The notes: generated by a model not told the origin, from the sequence alone. 28,015 nucleotides of DNA from a virus (IMGVR_UViG_3300032212_000120:1-28015); one strand, 5' to 3'; positions 1-8,491 are shown, counted from the stretch's first letter. Numbers and translations are program-made.

Positions 1-132
1 GAATCAGCGCGCCGCATAACAGAAGTGCCAGAGCAATACAGAGAAGGCGCAAAACGACACCGGAAAGCGGTGCGGTGGTTGAAGTCACAACAGGTCGATA
101 AGGGGAACACGCAATGCACGGCGACAAAATGA
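1..132 (+). CDS. 3' end of a hypothetical protein (truncated by the window edge)
   Basis: Frame 1 is open from base 1 to TGA at 130-132, overlapping ATG 129 of the next gene (ATGA coupling). Confidence 0.45.
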   Translation, partial: ESARRITEVPEQYREGAKRHRKAVRWLKSQQVDKGNTQCTATK

Positions 133-464
133 AGCAGGACGGAAATAAGCACAGGATGGAGCTATTACCAAGATACCCGCTTGAGGCGATCTCTGATGTT
201 TTGGCATTTGGCGCGGAGAAATATACACCGCACGGATGGCGTGAGGGCATGGAGTGGAGCCGGGTTGCAGGCGCGGCTATGCGTCACTTACAGGCATTCA
301 ATGACGGTGAAGATCAAGATCCCGAATCAGGATTGCCGCATTTAGCACATCTTGGTTGTTGTGTTTTGTTCCTGTTGGAGTATACGCGAACCTACCCCGA
401 ACAAGACGACCGATACAGGCGGTGCGGTTATGACCGTCTTATGGCGGATCATACACCCGAATGA
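114..464 (+). CDS. dATP/dGTP diphosphohydrolase N-terminal domain protein (DUF5664-like)
   Basis: Motifs K.D..K.RMELLP, VLAFGAEKY...W..G, AAMRHL..F..GED.DPESGLPHLAH..C are typical of this phage family. The start is 114 or 129 (129 gives an ATGA overlap). Confidence 0.85.
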   Translation: MHGDKMKQDGNKHRMELLPRYPLEAISDVLAFGAEKYTPHGWREGMEWSRVAGAAMRHLQAFNDGEDQDPESGLPHLAHLGCCVLFLLEYTRTYPEQDDRYRRCGYDRLMADHTPE

Positions 465-474
465 GGTAAATAAA

Positions 475-690
475 ATGCAAAGCAAAAAACACAGCGCGCT
501 TGAGTCGGTAATGAATGTATTGGTTGGCTATATCGTCGCGTTACTTAGCCAGTTATTGATTTTCCCTTTTTTCGATATTCACGTTTCATTGCAAGAAAAC
601 ATGCTGATTGGTTTTTGGTTTACCGTAATTTCACTGTTACGTAGCTACACGATAAGACGCTGGTTCACTCGCAAGACGGAGGCGGCATGA
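475..690 (+). CDS. small membrane protein, DUF7220-like (MQSKKHSALES..NV.VGY...S.LRSY..RRWF)
   Basis: GAGGT RBS at 463-467 precedes ATG 475. Two hydrophobic segments and a recognisable conserved phage motif. The ORF-track start at 352 is too early. Confidence 0.75.
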   Translation: MQSKKHSALESVMNVLVGYIVALLSQLLIFPFFDIHVSLQENMLIGFWFTVISLLRSYTIRRWFTRKTEAA

Positions 691-905
691 TTAACTGGCA
701 ACAGGTATGCCTAAATTTGAGGCGGCACAAATCGCTGTCATCCATAGCGCGTGATCTTGGCTGTGATTGGCAACACCTAAACAGGTTGGCAAGGGGCGAG
801 GTTCAACAGCCCCGGTTCAATACAGGCATGGCTTTGCTTGATCTGCATTATGACCTATATCCAGAAAGACATGATTGCAAATTGCTTATGAGGCAGGCGC
901 TATGA
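687..905 (+). CDS. small helix-turn-helix (XRE/Cro-like) DNA-binding protein
   Basis: [34 protein letters not shown] is an HTH pattern. ATGA overlaps on both sides. Confidence 0.7.
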   Translation: MINWQQVCLNLRRHKSLSSIARDLGCDWQHLNRLARGEVQQPRFNTGMALLDLHYDLYPERHDCKLLMRQAL

Positions 906-1024
906 GAAAAGAAATAATCGGAAACGCCACACTTTACTGCGGTGACTGTCTTGAGATATTGCCGACACTGGACAAGTGCGAGCGAATAGAGCAAGCCCAA
1001 AAGCAGGGGAGGTTGTTTGCATGA
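902..1024 (+). pseudogene. 40-aa internally deleted N4/N6 DNA methyltransferase remnant ([25 protein letters not shown]|[15 protein letters not shown])
   Basis: Not in the ORF track; translated by hand. The N-terminal 25 aa match the start of phage N4/N6 MTases (LY.GDCLEIL) and the last 15 aa match their end ([13 protein letters not shown]). The DPPY and FxGxG motifs are missing. ATGA overlaps at both ends are intact. Confidence 0.75.
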
Positions 1025-1449
1025 ATATCGCCCTTGTCAAAACTCAATCAGGCTCATTCATACCTGCCACCAATCAGGACAATGAGGCGTGTGAGCGTAT
1101 CGGGCAAGGGGAGTTAATACACGGCAAATTCACCAAGATGCGTAATGGCGCATTTCATCGCAAGTTCATGAGCATGGTTCAGTATGTATTCCAGAACCAA
1201 GACAAGCATAAATGCTTTGAGGATTTGCTTGTTGAGATAAAAATCAGAACAGGCCACTACAAAGAACACATCAGGGAATCAGGCGAGATTGTTTACATCC
1301 CAAAATCAATCAGCTTCGCAAAGATGGATGAGATTGAGTTTAGTGATTTTTACAGCAAGGCAATCAAGGCAATTATCAATGGTGGAATTATGCAGGGTAC
1401 TGAATCGCAAATCATGAAGGCAGTTGAATACGTGGCGGTGAATTACTGA
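1021..1449 (+). CDS. DUF1367-family nin-region protein
   Basis: Motifs [34 protein letters not shown] before ATG 1021. Lies directly upstream of ninG. Confidence 0.8.
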   Translation: MNIALVKTQSGSFIPATNQDNEACERIGQGELIHGKFTKMRNGAFHRKFMSMVQYVFQNQDKHKCFEDLLVEIKIRTGHYKEHIRESGEIVYIPKSISFAKMDEIEFSDFYSKAIKAIINGGIMQGTESQIMKAVEYVAVNY

Positions 1450-1997
1450 TGGCTAATAGCAAGCCCCGCAAGTTGAAAAAATGCCGGGTATGCCGAGATT
1501 CGTTCAAGCCATACAGGACAACGCAAAGAGTTTGCGGTGTTAATTGCGCTATCAAGGATGCTGAGAATGCCAGGGAAAAGATTAAGCGCCGGGAATTACG
1601 AAAAGCAAAACAGGCGCTTAAAACGAAATCACAATTACTCAATGAGGCGCAGGTGGCTTTTAACAGGTACATCAGGATAAGAGATAAGAAAGATCCTTGT
1701 ATTAGCTGCGGAACCACCAACCCCAATATCCAGTATGCGGCAGGTCACTACCTGACACGCGGTGGGCATCCGGAATTGAGATTTAATGAGCTGAATGTAC
1801 ACAAGCAATGCAATAAGAGCTGCAATCTTGCTCTGTCAGGAAATATTGCCGCATATCGAATCAACCTGAAAAATAAAATTGGCGCTGAAAACTTGGCGTG
1901 GCTGGAAGGGCCCCATGATGCGGTGCATTTAACGAGAGATCAGATTATTGAGATAAAACGCACATACAGCAGAAAGGCGAGGGAGCTTGATTCATGA
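1449..1997 (+). CDS. ninG: NinG/Rap-family recombination endonuclease
   Basis: KKC.VC...F.P....Q.VC...CA, AQ.AFN.YIR.RD...PCISCG, AGHY..RG..PELRFNE.NVHKQC...CN..LSGN...YR..L..KIG, WLEGPH. Confidence 0.92.
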   Translation: MANSKPRKLKKCRVCRDSFKPYRTTQRVCGVNCAIKDAENAREKIKRRELRKAKQALKTKSQLLNEAQVAFNRYIRIRDKKDPCISCGTTNPNIQYAAGHYLTRGGHPELRFNELNVHKQCNKSCNLALSGNIAAYRINLKNKIGAENLAWLEGPHDAVHLTRDQIIEIKRTYSRKARELDS

Positions 1998-2197
1998 AAT
2001 ACGCAAATATGAGAAAAGAGGCAATCAACAACCTTGACTTGAGAACCTTGAAAAACGACTTATGGGAAATTGATAAGCAAAGGGCCAGCAATCGCAACTG
2101 GCAAACTGGCAGGCGGTTAGCGGGTGAGACATTAATCATCGAGGCAGAGCTAAAGCGCCGTGGCAATCCACTACTACCCGAGGAAGTTTTTAGATGA
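1994..2197 (+). CDS. hypothetical protein
   Basis: 67-aa ORF with ATGA coupling at both ends and a GGAG upstream. Confidence 0.65.
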   Translation: MKYANMRKEAINNLDLRTLKNDLWEIDKQRASNRNWQTGRRLAGETLIIEAELKRRGNPLLPEEVFR

Positions 2198-2583
2198 GAC
2201 GCAGAGAACAAAACAAAGCGCTGCATAAACGCCTCGAGGCTTGGGGTGACAGAGAATCAAGGCCCGTGCGTGGCCTGGGTTATCGATCACAAACAACCGA
2301 GGCGGAAATGATGGAAATGGGCCAGGTATGCAGAAGCGGCAATGCTGCTGTTGCCATCGTGCCTGAGTTCACGATTGATAAGAAGGTTGCAGAGGTTGAG
2401 GCAGGCATACAGGCCATGAATGTTCCAGAGTGGAAAAGGGCGATTGAATCAAAATATCTACATCGTCACCGGGGGCAGGAAATACAAAAATATTGCGGCC
2501 AATCAAAGAAGCAATTTTATATTAATCTCAAGAATGCAGAGGCGTTCATGTGTGGTTGGTTGGGGTATCAATGGGAGGATTAA
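2194..2583 (+). CDS. antitermination protein Q-like late regulator
   Basis: Last gene of the nin region. RLEAWG near the N-terminus and a C-terminal HTH-like segment (KYL....QEI..YCG.SKKQFY..L..AE.F..G). Followed by a promoter-like AT tract and a terminator. Confidence 0.65.
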   Translation: MRRREQNKALHKRLEAWGDRESRPVRGLGYRSQTTEAEMMEMGQVCRSGNAAVAIVPEFTIDKKVAEVEAGIQAMNVPEWKRAIESKYLHRHRGQEIQKYCGQSKKQFYINLKNAEAFMCGWLGYQWED

Positions 2584-2599
2584 ATAAATATCGAAATCC

Positions 2600-2640
2600 T
2601 ATTGTTTTGTGTACACGGATTTGATATATAAATATATATA
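2600..2640 (+). promoter_or_regulatory. candidate late promoter (pR'-like)
   Basis: TTGTTT (2602-2607), 17 nt, then TATATA (2625-2630) in an AT-rich tract. Palindrome GTGTACAC (2609-2616) lies in the spacer. Position directly after the Q-like gene. Confidence 0.45.
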
Positions 2641-2662
2641 GTGGGGATTATGACCCCGACAC

Positions 2663-2694
2663 AAGCCCGGAGCCAAATGGTTGCCGGGTTTTTT
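2663..2694 (+). terminator. intrinsic terminator (tR'-like)
   Basis: AAGCCCGG-agccaaatggttg-CCGGGTT followed by a T run (TTTTTT at 2689-2694). Confidence 0.75.
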
Positions 2695-2708
2695 ATTGGG
2701 CGGTGATT

Positions 2709-2837
2709 ATGTTTAACGATGATTGGAAACCGAGTGAACATCCAGCCCGTGACCTAATCACAGCAATACTGATTGTGGTTGCGTTTGGCCTGGTTATGGG
2801 GCTTGTCGGCGTACTGCTTGGGGCGGTGTCGTTTTAA
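2709..2837 (+). CDS. 42-aa single-pass membrane protein (MFNDDWKPSEHPARDLITAILIVVAFGLVMGLVGVLLGAVSF)
   Basis: Not in the ORF track. GGCGGTGA RBS-like sequence upstream and a long uninterrupted hydrophobic C-terminus. Its stop overlaps the stop of the convergent gene. Confidence 0.55.
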   Translation: MFNDDWKPSEHPARDLITAILIVVAFGLVMGLVGVLLGAVSF

Positions 2838-3160
2838 TACTCGTTGAGCATCAGCTTGCCAAAGACAATATTGCCAATAAATCGCTCGGTCTTTGGGTTG
2901 TATAGCTTCACTCTCAGTAACCCTAATCCTGCTGTATCAAAGTATTTATAAAGTAGCTGCACATTGGCGGCTATATCAGGGGCGGGCTCAGATAAAAACT
3001 TTGGCCCGATAGTCACCACAACGACCTGTGGAGTGCTTTCTATTTTCTCGATAACGCCATCATTCATCAATGATTGAATCAATGACCATCGCTGATCTTG
3101 TATTGGGCTGGCAACTGACATAGAGCTAACAAGCAACAGCACAGCAAATAAGTATTTCAT
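2834..3160 (-). CDS. secreted/periplasmic hypothetical protein (moron)
   Basis: Signal peptide MKYLFAVLLLVSSMSVA-S. GGAGGG RBS on the - strand just upstream of ATG 3160. The only credible minus-strand gene in the window. Confidence 0.7.
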   Translation of the reverse strand: MKYLFAVLLLVSSMSVASPIQDQRWSLIQSLMNDGVIEKIESTPQVVVVTIGPKFLSEPAPDIAANVQLLYKYFDTAGLGLLRVKLYNPKTERFIGNIVFGKLMLNEY

Positions 3161-3195
3161 GATAGACCCTCCCTGTAATGATTGGAGCATAGACC

Positions 3196-3555
3196 ATGCC
3201 CATGCGACCAGGCAAGCCATGCAATCACCCCGGATGTCCTGAAGTCGTGCATGACGCCTACTGTGACAAGCATAGAAAGCAGAAACGGCGCTATGCCAGC
3301 CGTAACAGGGAAAGCTCTACAGCACGCGGATATGGCTACAGATGGCAGAAGGTAAGGCTCAACTACTTACGTAGACACCCGCTGTGCATACTGTGTGAGG
3401 CAGAGGGAAAGATAACGGCAGCTAATGTTGTCGATCACATTAAGCCACACAAAGGCAACACATCGCTGATGTGGGATGAAGGTAACTTTCAACCGTTATG
3501 CAAGCATCATCATGATGTAAAAACTGCCACTCAAGATCATGGGTTCGGTAGGTAA
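3196..3555 (+). CDS. HNH endonuclease, packaging-associated (HK97 gp74-like)
   Basis: MP.RP..PC.HPGCP......YC..H, RGY...WQK.R..YL..HPLC..C, A.VVDHI.PHKG...L.WD..N.QPLCK.HHD.KTA. GGAG RBS. Located upstream of the terminase genes. Confidence 0.9.
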   Translation: MPMRPGKPCNHPGCPEVVHDAYCDKHRKQKRRYASRNRESSTARGYGYRWQKVRLNYLRRHPLCILCEAEGKITAANVVDHIKPHKGNTSLMWDEGNFQPLCKHHHDVKTATQDHGFGR

Positions 3556-3578
3556 CAAATAAATCACCGGGAGTATTT

Positions 3579-4487
3579 ATGCCTGATGCGGATAATGCTG
3601 CAGAGTTCGTCATGTCTGAAAGACGGTGCGAGCATTGCGATGGTGAGATATGGACTGCACCAAAAGCAGATGGAACAGCCAGGAAGAAACGGTTTTGTAG
3701 CACCACATGCGGCCACGTACACAGGAATGTTTCTGGAAAGACCAGAGAGCAGATAAAGGCTGAATACAAACAACGCAAGACCTTTACATGCCAGCACTGT
3801 GGTGAGCAATATGTGAATAAACGCACCCGCAATGATGGTGAGGGTGAGAAGTTCTGTGGACATGCCTGTTATGTTCTGAATCTGCGCTCTAACGCAAAAG
3901 AGCAGCCAGCTAAGTTCACCAAGATATACACGTGTGATTGTGAAATATGTGGGTCGATGTTCCTGTCCAAGACGGATCGCGCTACTTGCTCAAGCGAATG
4001 CCTCAAGGAAAGACAGAGGCGTTCTGCCACAGCTAGCTACTATAAGAAGTATAGGTTTGCCAACACGCACAGGGAATGCGCGCACTGTGGAATAGCGTTC
4101 TGTTCATTACCCGGTGTTGGTATCCGTGTATGTCCACCATGTAGCGAGCAGAAAGCCAAAGCAGATAAAAGGGAGCGCAGGTCTAGGTATAACCACACGC
4201 GCCGAGCCAGGTTGCGAGGATGTGCCGCAGAACCATTCAGTATTGAATCGGTTTTTACACGCGATAAATGGATGTGCCAGATATGTGGCGGCGACACACC
4301 ACAACATCTGCGTGGCACGATGCATGATGACGCGCCTGAGTTAGATCACATCACCCCACTAGCGTCAGGCGGTAGCCACACTTACATCAACACACAGTGC
4401 TTATGCAGAACCTGCAACATCCTCAAGGGCGCGTCTAGCAATGATGAATTTAAGCAGTGGAATCAAGGGGTTGCACGGGGCGGGTAA
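3579..4487 (+). CDS. second HNH endonuclease with multiple N-terminal Cys-rich zinc fingers (homing-endonuclease-like)
   Basis: Repeated CxxC...FCS..C modules. C-terminal RD.W.CQICG...PELDHI.PLA.GG.H...N.QCLCR.CN..KG. GGGAG RBS. Confidence 0.85.
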   Translation: MPDADNAAEFVMSERRCEHCDGEIWTAPKADGTARKKRFCSTTCGHVHRNVSGKTREQIKAEYKQRKTFTCQHCGEQYVNKRTRNDGEGEKFCGHACYVLNLRSNAKEQPAKFTKIYTCDCEICGSMFLSKTDRATCSSECLKERQRRSATASYYKKYRFANTHRECAHCGIAFCSLPGVGIRVCPPCSEQKAKADKRERRSRYNHTRRARLRGCAAEPFSIESVFTRDKWMCQICGGDTPQHLRGTMHDDAPELDHITPLASGGSHTYINTQCLCRTCNILKGASSNDEFKQWNQGVARGG

Positions 4488-4560
4488 AAAGTCGGCCGCT
4501 TCTCCCCATATAGACCGCCGCCCAAAGCATTATTTTACACATGCAATTGACGATTTTAAG
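4476..4560 (+). other. probable cos (cohesive-end) region with core CGCCGCCCAA at 4516-4525
   Basis: GGGGCGGGTAAAAAGTC...GACCGCCGCCCAAA...TTTTACAC between the HNH genes and terS resembles, from memory, the 3'-overhang cos regions of HK97-like phages. The exact cut site is an inference. Confidence 0.55.
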
Positions 4561-4568
4561 GAGGGCGC

Positions 4569-4958
4569 ATGGCTAGAGCAAGAAAACCTGACAATGTGCA
4601 TCTCTTACAGGGAACGCATCAGAAGTGTCGGCACGGCAATCCTGATGAAAAGCCCCAGGTAGAAATTAAAATACCGTCACCGCCTGAATACTTATCAGGT
4701 GTGGCGCACGCAGAATGGCAGCGCATTTGTGATGTACTGAAAAACTCAGGCATTCTCAGTGATGCAGATATAGGCGTGATGGCGATCTATTGTGAGCTAT
4801 ATGCACAATTCCAGACTGACCCCGTTGAGTTTCCAGCAGCTAAATATACCCAGCTAAGACTTTGCATGGTTGAGCTTGGCATGACACCCGCAGCACGCAG
4901 CAAAATTACTGTTGGTGGCGGCAAGAAAAAGAACCGTTTTGCTAAGTACGATGTATGA
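4569..4958 (+). CDS. terS: terminase small subunit (P27 family)
   Basis: RKP...H.LQG, PP.YL...A..EW.RI...L...GIL...D...MA.YC, ELGMTPAARSKI. AGGAGG RBS. Confidence 0.92.
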   Translation: MARARKPDNVHLLQGTHQKCRHGNPDEKPQVEIKIPSPPEYLSGVAHAEWQRICDVLKNSGILSDADIGVMAIYCELYAQFQTDPVEFPAAKYTQLRLCMVELGMTPAARSKITVGGGKKKNRFAKYDV

Positions 4959-6613
4959 GCTACGCAATCAGGGCGGTGCAATATGCCGACTCGGTGTTAG
5001 CGGGAGATACCCCGGCTTGCAAGTTTGTTATCCAGGCATGTGAGCGGTTTATATCCGATCTGGAGCGCGCCAACAGTGTTGGAGATATACGCTTAGACGA
5101 TAAAAAAGCCGAAAAGTGGTGCTCTTTCCTAGAAGATTTACCCCACGTCAAAGGCAAGTGGGCCGCAACAAAGCAAACGCTTACCCTGTCTGATTGGCAG
5201 ATATTCTGCACGGTCAACATTTACGGTTGGTACTTTACCGAGACGGGCAGGCGGCGGTTCCGTGACGTATACATTGAGGTTCCCCGCAAGAATGGAAAAA
5301 CATTCTGGATTGCAGGGCTTGGGCTTGGTCATCTCTGTATTGATGGTGAGTTTGGCGCTGAGATTTATTGTGGTGCTACATCAGAGAAACAAGCCTTTGA
5401 GGTATTCAGGCCAGCAAAGCAGATATGTGAGAGAACGCCAGAGCTACGTGAGCATTATGGCCTGGACGTTAATGCAAAGAACCTGAACATCCTTGAGACG
5501 GGCTCACGGTTCGAGCCTGTCATTGGCAAGCCTGGTGACGGCGCAAGCCCTTCATGCGGCATTGCTGACGAGTTTCATGAACACCCTGACTCTGACCAGG
5601 TTGATACCTTTACAACAGGTATGGGCGCACGCGATAACCCGGTGATGCTTCATATCACTACAGCCGGATCTGATATGGGTGGGCCTTGTTACGCCAAGCG
5701 TGATGAGGTCAAAAAGGTTCTTGATGGATCTGTCGTTGATGACACCATTTTTGGAATCATCTACACGATAGACGAAGATGATCAATGGGATACGGTTGAG
5801 GCACAGATAAAAGCCAATCCCAACTATGGCATTTCTGTTGATGGCGTGTTTCTAAAGGCGCAGCTTGACGCAGCCAAGCGCTCTGCAATCAAGCAGGCGG
5901 CATACAAAACCAAGCATCTCAATGTATGGGTTGGGGCTAAAGCGGCATGGATGAATATGCTTGCTTACCAGGTGTGTCGTAAAGATATAAGCATTGAACA
6001 ATACAAGGGTCAGCGTTGTTATGTTGGCATTGATTTAGCGTCCAAGATAGACGTTGCATCAATGGTTGCATACTTCCCTGATTCGGGCGCGGTGTTTGCT
6101 AAACACTACTTGCCAGAAGATCGCATACTGGATGGCGGCAGTACACGATACAAAGCGTGGCACGCTGACGGTTGGATCGAAGCAACGCCAGGAAATGTGA
6201 TTGATTATTCCTACATTGAGGATGATTTGATTGCATTTAAGAGTGATTTTGAAGTGATTGAGGTCGCTTATGACCCATTCCAGGCAACGCAATTCAGCGT
6301 AAGAATGCAAGAACAGGGCTTTCCAATGATAGAAGTGGGGGCAACTGTTAAAAACTTCTCTGAGCCGATGAAAGAGCTTGAGGCTTTGGTGTTGAAAAAG
6401 TCTATTAAGTTCAGCCTTGATCCGGTTTTGATGTGGATGTTTGGCAATGTCGTTGCCAAGCTGGACAAGAAAGACAACATATTTCCCGATAAAGAGAAAC
6501 CCGAAAACAAGATTGATGGCGTTGTTGCGATCATAATGGCAATCAGTAGGGCCATTATTCATCGTGAGACAGGCACGCTTGATGACTTCTTAGCCAACCC
6601 GGTCAGTATATGA
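4955..6613 (+). CDS. terL: terminase large subunit
   Basis: Walker A VPRKNGKT, Walker B GIADEFHEH, ITTAG, nuclease motifs YVGIDLAS and NKIDGVVA. Confidence 0.97.
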   Translation: MSYAIRAVQYADSVLAGDTPACKFVIQACERFISDLERANSVGDIRLDDKKAEKWCSFLEDLPHVKGKWAATKQTLTLSDWQIFCTVNIYGWYFTETGRRRFRDVYIEVPRKNGKTFWIAGLGLGHLCIDGEFGAEIYCGATSEKQAFEVFRPAKQICERTPELREHYGLDVNAKNLNILETGSRFEPVIGKPGDGASPSCGIADEFHEHPDSDQVDTFTTGMGARDNPVMLHITTAGSDMGGPCYAKRDEVKKVLDGSVVDDTIFGIIYTIDEDDQWDTVEAQIKANPNYGISVDGVFLKAQLDAAKRSAIKQAAYKTKHLNVWVGAKAAWMNMLAYQVCRKDISIEQYKGQRCYVGIDLASKIDVASMVAYFPDSGAVFAKHYLPEDRILDGGSTRYKAWHADGWIEATPGNVIDYSYIEDDLIAFKSDFEVIEVAYDPFQATQFSVRMQEQGFPMIEVGATVKNFSEPMKELEALVLKKSIKFSLDPVLMWMFGNVVAKLDKKDNIFPDKEKPENKIDGVVAIIMAISRAIIHRETGTLDDFLANPVSI

Positions 6614-7875
6614 ACCTATTTTCACCGATATTGCGATTGTTCGGCCTTGGGGCATTCACGAACACCGACACAGGCGCGCAGTACGGTTCAAGCGCGAAGA
6701 TCACGACTGACTCAGGTATATCAGTCAATGATGAGCGCGCCATGCAGGTTTCTGCTGTTTGGGCGTGCGTTCAATATATTACTAATTCGGTCTGTTCGTT
6801 GCCGCTTGGTTTCTATCGCAAGACCTCGGAGGGTGGCCGGGTTGAGGTTGAGAATCACGCATTAAACAACCTGTTTCACAATAGCCCCAATAGTCTCATG
6901 AAGCCTAGAGATTTCAGAAAGGCTATGACCATGCAGATGGCCCTATGGTCGAATGCATACGCCGAGATTGTTTATTCTGGTGATCGCCCCGTGTCATTGT
7001 TGCCGCTACGGGCGGGACGCATGACACCATTTATCACCGATGATGGTGAGCTTACATATCACTATCACACGGATAAAGGGGTCAGGATTTACTCGAAGCG
7101 ATCTATTTTGCATCTAAAGGGCTTTGGCTCTGATGGGATAGTTGGCCTGGAGCGAAACAATTATGCGCGTGAAACTCTCGGCCTATCTGTTTCCGCTGAC
7201 ACCTACGCGGCAAAGCAGTTCGCAAACGGGGGAAGGTCGGGCGGTGGCTACCTCAAGTTTGATCAGTTCTTAACGGATGATCAGCGTAAGCAGGCCCGTG
7301 AGCTTTATTCGGGCATGTCTGAAACGGCTTACAACACTAACAAGCTATGGATTCTGGAAGGTGGGGCGGGGTATGAGCAAGACACCCTGAACCCTGACAC
7401 CATGCAGATGATTGAAACGCGCAAGATGCAGCTTGGCGAGATAGCCCGGTTCTTTGGCGTTCCAGAGGTTTTGATTGGTTCCGGGGGCTCTACGAGCGCA
7501 TGGCCTGCATCCTTTGAGCAGCAATTGCTGTCATTCCTGACGTTCACGCTACAGGACTATATTGACGAGTGGGAGCACGGCATTTCACACGCGCTATTAA
7601 CCCCACTTGAGAGACGCAGGATCATAGTTGATCACGATGTCACTAATTTCATCAAGATGGATAGTCAGGCCAAGGCAAACATCCAATCGACATGGGTTCA
7701 AAACGGACTCAAGACGCGTAACGAAATACGCAAGATAAATAATGATCCGCCTGTTGATGGCGGTGATGATCTGACTGTCCAGGTGAATTTAACACCCGTG
7801 ACAGACTTGGAGAATGTAAATGATGCACAAAATTCACAATCCACTGGAAGCATGCAGCCTCAAGTTCAGCAATGA
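6610..7875 (+). CDS. portal protein, HK97 family
   Basis: AMQVSAVWACV, PN..M, NAYA.I, ILHLKG...DG..G, Q.IETRK....EIARFFGVP, G..TRNEIR...N.PP..GGD. Confidence 0.96.
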   Translation: MNLFSPILRLFGLGAFTNTDTGAQYGSSAKITTDSGISVNDERAMQVSAVWACVQYITNSVCSLPLGFYRKTSEGGRVEVENHALNNLFHNSPNSLMKPRDFRKAMTMQMALWSNAYAEIVYSGDRPVSLLPLRAGRMTPFITDDGELTYHYHTDKGVRIYSKRSILHLKGFGSDGIVGLERNNYARETLGLSVSADTYAAKQFANGGRSGGGYLKFDQFLTDDQRKQARELYSGMSETAYNTNKLWILEGGAGYEQDTLNPDTMQMIETRKMQLGEIARFFGVPEVLIGSGGSTSAWPASFEQQLLSFLTFTLQDYIDEWEHGISHALLTPLERRRIIVDHDVTNFIKMDSQAKANIQSTWVQNGLKTRNEIRKINNDPPVDGGDDLTVQVNLTPVTDLENVNDAQNSQSTGSMQPQVQQ

Positions 7876-8491
7876 TGAGAAAGGCGAATTTGAGGGCTAT
7901 GCATCAGTGTTTAACGGCGTTGATCGCGTGAATGACACGATACTACCGGGCGCATTTAGTAAATCGCTCGAGGGTAAGCGCGGCCCTGCAATGTTTGTCA
8001 ACCACAAGAGTCACGAGGTTCCGGTTGGGGATTGGGTTGAAGTGAAAGAGGACGAGCACGGTCTATACGTTAAGGGCAAGATCGATCTGAACCACAAAGA
8101 TGGCCCAACGGTTTACTCAGCATTAAAGCGCGGCGCAATGGATGCGATGTCAATCGGGTTCAGAATACCTGCCGGTGGTTCCGAGGAAAAAGAAGATGGA
8201 ACCCGTGAGATCAAGGAAATTGATCTTGTAGAGGTGAGCGTTGTCAGTTTTCCGGCAGATGATGCGGCCCGTATATCAGTGGTCAAGCATGAAGTGGAAG
8301 AAATCAAAAGTTTAAAAGACGCGGAAATATTCCTGAGAGATTCAGGCTATTCCAAGTCGGCGGCGACTGCCTTTGTGAGCCGCATCAAAGACCTGATGCA
8401 GAGCGATTCTGTTGATGATGTTAATGATGAAATTACAAAGCATGACGTAACCGATGATGTGGTTGCAATTATACGCAACTTACAAGTTTAA
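7820..8491 (+). CDS. prohead protease, HK97 family
   Basis: FEGYASVF..VD...D.I.PGAF, M..NH.....PVG.W, ED.HGL.V.G, MSIGF, L.EVSVVSFPA. Overlaps the portal 3' end by 56 nt. Confidence 0.95.
   Translation: MMHKIHNPLEACSLKFSNDEKGEFEGYASVFNGVDRVNDTILPGAFSKSLEGKRGPAMFVNHKSHEVPVGDWVEVKEDEHGLYVKGKIDLNHKDGPTVYSALKRGAMDAMSIGFRIPAGGSEEKEDGTREIKEIDLVEVSVVSFPADDAARISVVKHEVEEIKSLKDAEIFLRDSGYSKSAATAFVSRIKDLMQSDSVDDVNDEITKHDVTDDVVAIIRNLQV

Noticed and set aside
114-464. Evidence for a Z-base (2-aminoadenine) genome
   Set aside because: This domain alone is insufficient, and no purZ-like gene is in the window.
352-474. ORF-track N-terminal extension of the 352-690 ORF
   Set aside because: It overlaps the upstream gene heavily. 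The RBS and family motif point to ATG 475.
976-1020. GTG start at 976 for the DUF1367 gene
   Set aside because: This stretch belongs to the methylase remnant in another frame. GGGAGG precedes ATG 1021.
7820-7875. 56-nt portal/protease overlap as a recoding signal
   Set aside because: The protease has its own GGAG RBS and ATG. Such overlaps are ordinary in HK97-type head operons.
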